Shown here: positions 6,801 to 13,898 of the stretch, piece by piece
Numbering within the stretch: the first letter of the stretch is position 1
Layout of the letters: each line of letters starts with the position of its first letter
Assembly: GCA_964619725.1 (NCBI GenBank)
Contig: CAZUFC010000137.1
Span: forward strand, 1-20,058
Reading direction: 5' to 3'
From: an uncultured bacterium
GTDB lineage: Bacteria > CSSED10-310 > CAZUFC01
DNA length: 20,058 bases
Position numbers and translations under genes: made by a program
Notes under the pieces: model-generated
What the model saw: the letters and a program-made list of their open reading frames with translations, nothing else
The model's database searches: none
Told to the model about the DNA's origin: nothing

Positions 6801-9004
6801 TCTTCGTTCCAGTCGGCTGCCTCGCCGAATGCAGCATGGCTGCCCTCGACATAACCGTAAGCCGTCGTGAGAAACCCGTCATCAACCAGGCAAGCGTCCT
6901 CAGGCGTTCCCTCGTTGTTATACAAACGAAACCTGCTGCGGTCATCATCCGTTATCATGAAAACATCAGGATCGCCGTCCTCTTCGTAATCCCATACCCT
7001 CAACGAACAATACGGCGAACCCGGCAGATAATTCCCGTATCCCGCTCCGTATCTCAACAGACTCCCCGATGTAAATGAGGGCGCAGCATCCGTTCCTTCA
7101 TTCAGATACACATATTGATATTTTGCTTGATTAATCAACAAGTTCGTTCCCAGAAGGAGGTCCTTTTTTCCGTCAGCATTCCAGTCGACGGTTTCTATTC
7201 CTTTTATCGCTCCGGGGCCGACATCCGCATAACCGTCAGTCAGTTTTAACGGAGGCGCCAATTCCGGAGCATAGTTCTCGCCGGAATTGAGATATAAATA
7301 TATATCGCCGGCGCCGCTCCAGTCTATGCGGGGAGCCAGAATATCCTTCTTCCCATCGTTATCCCAATCGATCACTTCAGGCGTCGTATATTGTATCCAG
7401 TAGTTTACAAAGCCGATCTTTTCTCCCGAAGTCGTCGTCAGAACACGCTGTTTCGTCAGCTCAGGCTCTTCAATCGTTCCCGTGTTGAAAACGACATAAT
7501 GTGTGGCGTTAAGACTCGTATTGAAAACAATATCCTTTAATCCGTCCTCATCCCAGTCCACCACACGCGGTATTTTCGCCCTCTCAAACAGCTTGGTGGG
7601 TTCATCCCCGGGAACATAACAAGCTTCATCATAGATGCGATTTGAATCGGTACCCTTGTTGGGATAATATATTACAGTGCCGATGCGGTTTGTGACCGCC
7701 AAGTCTTCTTTTCCGTCGCCGTTCCAGTCAGCGAAAGTCCAGATATCCTGTTCATTGAGCGGTACAACGCTTTCTTCTCCGAAAAGGTATGTCCGCTCGT
7801 TGAACACAGGATTAGAGTCGGTACCCACATTCTCAAACCACCACATGTTCCACCCGGTGTCGTCTCCTGAAACCAGAAGGTCCTTCTTGCCGTCCCCGTT
7901 CCAGTCGGTCGCCCAGGGTTTGGCATCTCTATGGACGTCCAGAACAGACCCGCCGACCTCTATATTCGTTCCTGCATCCAACTCTGGATAATAGTTGGTT
8001 CCTGTGTTTAAAAAGAGATGGACCTGTCCGTCCTCGTTCCCGACCAGAAGATCATGCTTTCCATCGTTGTTCCAGTCAATTACGAAAGGATTGGCGCGAT
8101 ACCCGATATCAAGCGTTCCGTATTCTGCGGACAGGTTCATTCCGACGTTGAATTCGGGCGAGCTGTCTGAACCGTCATTACGGAAATAAACGACATTACC
8201 CTCCGAATTGCCTATCAACAGGTCCCTCCTGCCGTCAGAGTTCCAATCGTAATGCACCGGCGCGGATGAATCATTGCCTACGTCCAGGTCATTATATCCG
8301 ACCTGAACGGCAAAACCGTCTTCCAGCTTCGGTTCGGTCGATGTCCCCTGGTTCATGGAGACCCGGACCCGACCGTCACGATGACCGGTAATAAGGTCTT
8401 TCCTGCCGTCATTGTCCCAGTCCGTTATAAATGGCGACCATCTTCGTTCTCCCGATACCAGGTGAACCTCACGCCTGATCTCTTCAGCCGCCCCGAATTC
8501 CGGAGGCCCCACAGGTCCCGGAGTCGGCGTATCCGTAGGCGCAGGACTGGCAGCAAGTATCGGCGTATCGAGTGAAGTCAACGCATCAATCTGCACTCCG
8601 CTTACGGAACATGAAGGCAAAACCATGTCACAGGTATAAAGCCGGCAGCAATACCTCTGTCCATACAATAACCCCGTATCCGTCCAGGGAATAGCGGAAT
8701 GATCGTCCGATCCCTTATAAAATATCTCCACTCCCGGAGAAGCAGCCGTCCCCGTATTCATGCATAACCGGGTATTACCGTCATTCGTCCCTGCTATAAG
8801 ATCAATCCTGCCGTCCCTGTCACAATCCGCAGCATAAGGTATCTGGATGTAAGACGGCAGTTCATAAACATCCCGTTCCACAATCAACCTTTCACCGAAA
8901 ACCGGAGGACCCGCCGCAGCCCTCTCGCTCAATGCAACGTCATCGCCGCCGACGAGTACCATTAAAAATACACCCACAGCAAAAAAGATCATCCCTTTTT
9001 TCAT
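3884..9004 (-). CDS. Large surface protein: signal peptide, one collapsed and two complete [10x FG-GAP/VCBS repeat + FN3-like + Pro/Thr linker] modules, IPTL-CTERM-like membrane anchor
   Basis: 1706 aa, RBS GGAGG. 21 DWxxDGxxD-type Ca-binding motifs (1+10+10). FN3-like segments VSLTWNNP..GLMPGHTYYY and VDLTWTNP..GLTPGQTYYY. TPT/SPT linkers. C-terminus PIPTVGAAG + hydrophobic helix + WKKD. Confidence 0.9.
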   Translation of the reverse strand: MKKGMIFFAVGVFLMVLVGGDDVALSERAAAGPPVFGERLIVERDVYELPSYIQIPYAADCDRDGRIDLIAGTNDGNTRLCMNTGTAASPGVEIFYKGSDDHSAIPWTDTGLLYGQRYCCRLYTCDMVLPSCSVSGVQIDALTSLDTPILAASPAPTDTPTPGPVGPPEFGAAEEIRREVHLVSGERRWSPFITDWDNDGRKDLITGHRDGRVRVSMNQGTSTEPKLEDGFAVQVGYNDLDVGNDSSAPVHYDWNSDGRRDLLIGNSEGNVVYFRNDGSDSSPEFNVGMNLSAEYGTLDIGYRANPFVIDWNNDGKHDLLVGNEDGQVHLFLNTGTNYYPELDAGTNIEVGGSVLDVHRDAKPWATDWNGDGKKDLLVSGDDTGWNMWWFENVGTDSNPVFNERTYLFGEESVVPLNEQDIWTFADWNGDGKEDLAVTNRIGTVIYYPNKGTDSNRIYDEACYVPGDEPTKLFERAKIPRVVDWDEDGLKDIVFNTSLNATHYVVFNTGTIEEPELTKQRVLTTTSGEKIGFVNYWIQYTTPEVIDWDNDGKKDILAPRIDWSGAGDIYLYLNSGENYAPELAPPLKLTDGYADVGPGAIKGIETVDWNADGKKDLLLGTNLLINQAKYQYVYLNEGTDAAPSFTSGSLLRYGAGYGNYLPGSPYCSLRVWDYEEDGDPDVFMITDDDRSRFRLYNNEGTPEDACLVDDGFLTTAYGYVEGSHAAFGEAADWNEDGKKDLLVGQDNGVLLYLNNQDGLTSPHEVASLSVAGVSDYTVSLTWNNPMDNDFAGVIIARSLSPIVWRPSDAQHYYAVTGAAVSPGVEIVYKGNDDHSISLWTDTGLMPGHTYYYRVFSFDAVLPLYSVEGEQVSALTSGDTPTPTASPLPTDTPLPTDTPTAGPAGEPELGAKVEITREAFRISDMSWDYYPCATDWDNDGKLDLLSGVNDGRVIICMNSGTASEPYLEEGSWIQAGYGDLDVGFRSVPMHFDWNSDGKRDLIVGNGDGKAVYFNNSGTDTAPVFTSGINLQAGYSTLDVGQNSHPFAVDWNNDNKDDLVVGAFDGQIHLFLNVGTRTQPVLSSGEILQAGNEAISMGYDSKPWVTDWNGDGKKDLIVQGSSPHRLSLFENVGSDAEPQFDEESVVYGSGDPVPVAHRRSWAFADMNGDSHTDFLTSDRLGCVSYYPNKGTDSNRIYEEALYIPGDEPSSIFHSSKTLRVIDWDENGKKDLLVNAAWNGRHYVLFNTGTDSEPAFESQLSLTTTSRRMLGFPNYDYRTLDIVDWDNDGRKDILITRIDTSQTGDVYLFLNTGENYAPAFGDPQKLTSGYTDLGPERVYGLETGDWNSDGKKDLLIGSGIWNGEGYNQYVCLNEGTDAEPQFEYPELLMYDDGGYSAPIPGECAGSPHIWDYEEDGDPDILINSRLNYHRLRKYANQGVPGSPSLVDSGFLQVEGGYGYLEGVNKLFPDVADWDEDGRKDVIIGEYRHVYYSPNLQASVTSPHEVIGFSVSAIAETSVDLTWTNPGDYDFAGVIIVRSENPIEWKPSDRQHYHVVPGVDVAEGVEVVYKGAEDHSAVPWTDQGLTPGQTYYYHAFAYDMVLPAYSVNGVQIDATTYAGTMTPTQTPTQSPTETPTLSPTPTLSATPTLSPSATMTPVPTDSPTSTPVSPTPTNTVVPTPMPIPTVGAAGTIVLILMLGGAVAGFSFWKKD

Positions 9005-9379
9005 CGAAAATCCTCCGTGGAATCAGCCGTTAAAAATATTTTAATCCTGCTTTAATCGAAATCATCGCTTTCTGAAATCTATCCCTGTTAACGCAGTTAC
9101 TCCCTCCTTTATTAAGGAAATAAAGAAAAAAGTCAAAAAACCGGAACCGATCGAAAAGGAAAAGCCGTTTATTTTTGTTGAAACAAAATGCAACCAGTTT
9201 TTGATTATTCCCTGAATTATTCCTGCCCCAATTTATTTCAAGTATGGGACTGCCTTATCCGAACCTGGAGAATATACCCCGATGTTCAAGAGGACAAATC
9301 CTGAAGCAAGCCGGTAAGTTCCATGTGAGTTTATGAAAGTCCAGGACCGCAAGGTCCAGGTTGTTGTTTGCATGGCATT

Positions 9380-9904
9380 CTAATCGAGTTGGTCAGCAAT
9401 CTCAGAGGGAAGTCGACTCTTGAGTTCGGGATGATTTTCAACGAGACGCATGATGTCGGATAGGTCTTTCTGACGCTTGCTCTTGCGTCTGGTTTCATCC
9501 GAGTAAGCCCACAACTTTCCCTGGAGTACATCGGCGAGGCCGGCAACGGACATACTGTAACCCAGGACGTCGTGCTCTTCTGAACGGACAAGAAAATCCT
9601 GGTAGCGCGGGTCTGTCTGAATCTGGATTCGCAAGTCGGAGCCCGCAATAGAGATATTAACGCTGTGCTCGAATTCTTCAACCTTCATCCCCCTGGATTC
9701 AGCCACGGAACGAACCTGAGCGATATGGTCTGAAACAACCACGACGTCTACGTCGAGACTCACCACAGGGTCCGCATAAGCGTTGACGGCCAGCCCGTCG
9801 ATGACGCAATATGCGGAGCCGGTTTCCTCCAACAGTGTGATCAAGAGACCAACAACGTCAATTTCGTCATTCGACACATTCTTCAGAAAGGTCTTGCCGG
9901 TCAT
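9380..9904 (-). CDS. Nucleotidyltransferase-fold protein (AbiEii/DUF2204-like), 174 aa
   Basis: Start at ATG 9904 after GAGGTGG. Motifs YCVI(D)GLAVNAY..SLDVDVVV (G-G/S + DxD pattern) and C-terminal K..R.SKRQKDLSDI. Confidence 0.75.
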   Translation of the reverse strand: MTGKTFLKNVSNDEIDVVGLLITLLEETGSAYCVIDGLAVNAYADPVVSLDVDVVVVSDHIAQVRSVAESRGMKVEEFEHSVNISIAGSDLRIQIQTDPRYQDFLVRSEEHDVLGYSMSVAGLADVLQGKLWAYSDETRRKSKRQKDLSDIMRLVENHPELKSRLPSEIADQLD

Positions 9905-10088
9905 GAGAACCACCTCATAAAACAGCATAACAAACCAATTGCGATATGACAAATGAACCTACAGGCATACTTTCCTGGATTTTTTCCGCCGGCGCCGATC
10001 AGGAAATCACTCAGATTCCTCGAAATGATTGTGAACGGAAATTCGGATGGACCCGGCAAGGTCGTCCGCTGTTGTCTTCAATGAAAGC

Positions 10089-10401
10089 CGTTTATTCAGG
10101 TATCGGTGTCGCTATCGATATCGCTATCGAAATAATTAATCACGAGGAGATGTGTTTTGTCTTTATTAGATTTTTAAGACTACTCAATTATTCAAGGTGG
10201 AGAAATTCTTAACCTCGATTTGCTCAGCTCCCGATTTTTCTCAATCCGAAAATCTCTTAAGCTCTGAAAAAGCGCTGCAGGAGCACAGTAAATTCCCGTT
10301 TTGGCGCATAGAATAACGTAAAGCAGTCAGCGATGTTCAGAAATACTCCGAATCAGTTAATCACAATTTGAACCCAGAAATGTGCATTTTTGATCAATGT
10401 C
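10089..10401. repeat. Degenerate further copy of the dispersed element
   Basis: Hexamers GGTATC GGTGTC GCTATC GATATC GCTATC GAAAT at 10099-10133. Terminal motif ATTTGAACCC-N10-ATTTTTGATCAATGTC at 10366-10401 has the same spacing as 3454-3489. Confidence 0.55.
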
Positions 10402-10549
10402 GCCTGTTTTTTCAGTTTGACTTATCTTTCTTTTTTGCTATATTTATTTTGATCGACGAAGGAATAATTTTTACTCTTGTCGATGAGGATATAGGGAATT
10501 CCCCTTTTAAAGCCTCTTGACAATATTAGAATGAGAAAGGAGATCAGGT

Positions 10550-12529
10550 ATGAAATTAACATTCCTATCATCATTGATTGAAAGGAGTCGGACAACGTAT
10601 AATTCGATACCGACAATTCTTTTCTGTTGTTTTGCTATCGTTACATGCTATGTTGATGTGGTGACTGCCGTCCCTATGATGATCAACTACCAGGGTAAAG
10701 TCGAGGTAAACGGCGAGCTGTTTGGTTCGGAGATTGGGCAAACGGGATATTTTCGATTCGCGATGGTCGATGTCGAAAGCGGAACCTGGACAACGTTGTA
10801 TTGGTCGAACGACAATCAGGACCCACCTGTCGAGGACATTGAACTAACGGTGAAAAACGGCCTCTACAACGTAATATTGGGTAATACGGATATGCCCGGA
10901 ATGACGCATGAAATTCCGGCCGATGTGTTCACTAACGATACTGTCTATCTGGCGGTTTGGTTCGACGATGGGATTACGGGAGTACAATTGTTAGAACCTT
11001 ATCATCGTATAACCAGCGTCGGATTCGCAATCAATGCCGCCAATTCAGAAAAATTAGAAGGTATATGCTGTTCTCAGCTTTTAAGGAACGATCAGGACGG
11101 CAGTATCGCTGGAAATCTGATCGTCAACGGGTGCGTCGGCATTTCGAAAGAAATTACTGACGCTAAATTGGAAATCCTTGCTGAAAACGACCAAAATGCG
11201 ATAAAAATTATGAACTCCGACGGCAGAAGGTTGATACTGTATAGATCGGAAGCGGATCATTACTGGCACTTCAATACTGGCGACGGATTCGCATTCGAGG
11301 AAGACTCGGTCATTAGACTTGTCATTCCTGAAAGTGGAAAAGTCGGCATTGGGACAACCGACCCTGGCGCTGGATTAACCGTTGCGAGAGGAAGATTACA
11401 AGTTACAACAAACGATGTTCCCTCAAACGGCGCCGGATTGGAGATGGGTTACGGAAGCGGTGTAGGGGCAATACTTTCATATGACCGAGATACATCTGCT
11501 TATAAGCAGCTTAAGTTGAATGGCTTATCATTGGATTTCAGGACGAACGACAACAGAGCCATGTTCATCACCTCCAGTCGAAATGTGGGAATCGGGACGG
11601 GCGATCCAGGAACGTGGAAACTTTACGTTCGAGGAAAACAATACGTCTATGACTTCCTCAGTGCCGCCGGCGGCGTTCACGTTGGAGGGACTTCTGATCC
11701 GGGGACGGATAATTTGATTGTTGATGGGAAAATTGGGGTTGGAATTGGCAGTCCATCAGCAAAACTTCACGTCAACGGAACTATCAGAGGAGGAAGCACG
11801 CTGCAATTCTCAGCTTCAAATAATTCGATTTCTATAAATGATCCGTACTTTGAATTCAAAGAAGATGGGAAGTGGGCTGGTCTGCGAGCGCAGATGGTTA
11901 ATTTTCGCAATGAAGCTGGTACGCAAGCAGCAACAATTATCGCTCTTGCAAATGGACATTTAGAATTTCAACATAAAATTAATTGGAGTTCATTCGATTG
12001 GACTTACGGTGGAACTAAACTCATGACGTTAGGTACAGGGGATGCACATCTATGTCTTCATGGAACCGCACAATGCGAAGCCGGATGCGACTTGGCTGAA
12101 AAAGTGATCAGCACGGATATAGCTGAACCGGGAGATGTTTTGGTCATTGATCCGTTAGTGGAAAGACGTTTTATGATCTCTTGCCGGCCTTCCAGTACTC
12201 TGGTTGCTGGTGTTGTATCAACGAAACCGGGAATTGTTCTGAATGATGAAACATCTGTTGACATCGCATATTTAGGAGAGCAAAAGGTTCAAATGGCAAT
12301 TGCCGGTCGAGTTCCATGCAAAGTCAGCTTGGAGAACGGCTCCATCGAGATTGGGGATATGCTTGTGACTTCCTCCACACCTGGCCATGCAATGAAATCT
12401 AATACCCACCTCATTAATAACATTTCTATTCATATACCCGGAACAATTCTAGGAAAAGCATTGGAGCCGTTTTATGGTAATAACGGTAAAACGACTGGGA
12501 TAATTACAATTCTTCTTGCGCTGAATTAG
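10550..12529 (+). CDS. Secreted trimeric-fibre-like protein: YQG N-domain, GxVGIGT shaft repeats, C-terminal peptidase-G2-like intramolecular chaperone
   Basis: 659 aa, RBS AAGGAG. N-domain VPMMINYQG..GLYNVILG..RITSVGFA. Repeats GKVGIGTTDP, NVGIGTGDP and KIGVGIGSP. C-terminal CDLAE..PGDVLVID..GVVSTKPG..GRVPCKV..GDMLVTS..GKALE. Confidence 0.8.
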   Translation: MKLTFLSSLIERSRTTYNSIPTILFCCFAIVTCYVDVVTAVPMMINYQGKVEVNGELFGSEIGQTGYFRFAMVDVESGTWTTLYWSNDNQDPPVEDIELTVKNGLYNVILGNTDMPGMTHEIPADVFTNDTVYLAVWFDDGITGVQLLEPYHRITSVGFAINAANSEKLEGICCSQLLRNDQDGSIAGNLIVNGCVGISKEITDAKLEILAENDQNAIKIMNSDGRRLILYRSEADHYWHFNTGDGFAFEEDSVIRLVIPESGKVGIGTTDPGAGLTVARGRLQVTTNDVPSNGAGLEMGYGSGVGAILSYDRDTSAYKQLKLNGLSLDFRTNDNRAMFITSSRNVGIGTGDPGTWKLYVRGKQYVYDFLSAAGGVHVGGTSDPGTDNLIVDGKIGVGIGSPSAKLHVNGTIRGGSTLQFSASNNSISINDPYFEFKEDGKWAGLRAQMVNFRNEAGTQAATIIALANGHLEFQHKINWSSFDWTYGGTKLMTLGTGDAHLCLHGTAQCEAGCDLAEKVISTDIAEPGDVLVIDPLVERRFMISCRPSSTLVAGVVSTKPGIVLNDETSVDIAYLGEQKVQMAIAGRVPCKVSLENGSIEIGDMLVTSSTPGHAMKSNTHLINNISIHIPGTILGKALEPFYGNNGKTTGIITILLALN

Positions 12530-12544
12530 AGGGGGGGGCGAAGC

Positions 12545-13723
12545 GTGAAAGATTCAATTTTTTATCTCGTCACCTGTGCTATCATAGCATTAACCGCCGT
12601 TAGCATCACAAAGGCGGAATACATTGATACGCAGTCATTCAACAAAACAAGTCTAATAATCGAAAACAACAGGTCACTATTCAAAATGAAGGTTGGAGAT
12701 CAAAATGTCATTGTAGCGGAAGAATCAGCAGAAGTATTACCTGCAGGCTTTTCGATCTTGGCCGGTAACTCTAAAGATGAACGCTGGGTTTCATATGTAA
12801 CTTGTCCCGATTTATCGATGAAAAATGCCACATTGGTCATTTTGGAATTGCCGGCGGGATTGGAACGAAAACACACTTTTTCAGGCAAAGCTTTTTACCC
12901 TGCACCACCCGCCTGGTCAATTGATGGTCGGCTGACTTTCGTTCTAATAGACTCCTTCTCGGAGAACAGCGAACTCTGCGTCATTAGCGCTGAGACTGGT
13001 AATATGGAATGTTGCCGGAACCTGCCTGATCTCCGACCCTACATCTTTACAGGGATTTGTCCTGAAAACCTGGGATGGTTCGATGATTTCATCGTGTATC
13101 GCGATTACAGAGCACACCGTGAATACCTTGTTACGCTCAATGATTGCGAGGTTGATGTTGGACCTTTGTATCACATTCCAGAAAGTGTCAGAGAGGCAAG
13201 ATTTTTCGTCGGGAAAAGTAAAAGTCTTCCTTGCAGCGTTCCCGCTCGCAGCCAGCAAGATTCAAACTGGAAAGATATTCCGCTAAATGGTTGTCCAGGG
13301 CAAACAATTGGGTCCGCCGGCTGCGCTTTAGTATCGGTTGCAATGGTCTTTCAGTATTATGGAGGTTCTTATGAACCTGACGATTTAAATAGTTGTTTAG
13401 GTGAACACGCCTGCGAAATGGATTGGCCTTATGCTGCTGCACATTGCAAAGGCGGTGCAACAGTAAATTGGATCGGGCGTTATGATTCAGCGAATTGGTC
13501 CGTGATAGATACTATGCTGGCAAATGGCCACCCTCCGATAGCTACCTCCGGCGGTCATTTTTACGTAGTCACGGGCGGAAGCGGACAAAATCCTAATAAC
13601 TATACAATTAACGATCCGTGGGATGGCACGACATACAAAAAAATGTCGGCTTACGGATTCATAGGCATAAGAAGATATTCCGGCACTCCAGATTGTGGAA
13701 CAAGTTGCTGTATCTGTCCCTGA
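12545..13723 (+). CDS. Secreted protein with a TolB/WD40-like partial propeller and a C-terminal C39-like (papain-fold) peptidase
   Basis: 392 aa, GTG start, signal peptide. PAWSIDGRL TolB-like motif. C39-like motifs VPARSQQD, GCALVSVAMV (Cys), GHFYVVTG (His) and INDPW (Asp). Confidence 0.8.
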   Translation: MKDSIFYLVTCAIIALTAVSITKAEYIDTQSFNKTSLIIENNRSLFKMKVGDQNVIVAEESAEVLPAGFSILAGNSKDERWVSYVTCPDLSMKNATLVILELPAGLERKHTFSGKAFYPAPPAWSIDGRLTFVLIDSFSENSELCVISAETGNMECCRNLPDLRPYIFTGICPENLGWFDDFIVYRDYRAHREYLVTLNDCEVDVGPLYHIPESVREARFFVGKSKSLPCSVPARSQQDSNWKDIPLNGCPGQTIGSAGCALVSVAMVFQYYGGSYEPDDLNSCLGEHACEMDWPYAAAHCKGGATVNWIGRYDSANWSVIDTMLANGHPPIATSGGHFYVVTGGSGQNPNNYTINDPWDGTTYKKMSAYGFIGIRRYSGTPDCGTSCCICP

Positions 13724-13898
13724 TAAAGACCCCTTTCTAACCATGATTGGGGATCGGAAAACGAGGGAGAAGCCAGTGATGATGTTGATGGCTTGGAACT
13801 GATTATCAGTGAAGAACAGCTCTATTGGCGCCCATTTTACGAAGGGGCCAGAGACCTTCGCAAACCTAACCCCGATCTGATCAATCCCGAAATAAAGC

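Noticed and set aside
3966-8575. Numerous 60-120 aa ORFs overlapping the large gene, and similar ones inside other genes
   Set aside because: Antisense or alternative-frame shadows of well-supported CDSs; for example, the GVGV ORF mirrors the TPTP linker.
9251-9377. Possible structured ncRNA (AACCTGGA/TCCAGGTT pair, GGACC-GCAA-GGTCC hairpin)
   Set aside because: Stems are short and mutually overlapping, and no RNA family is recognisable.
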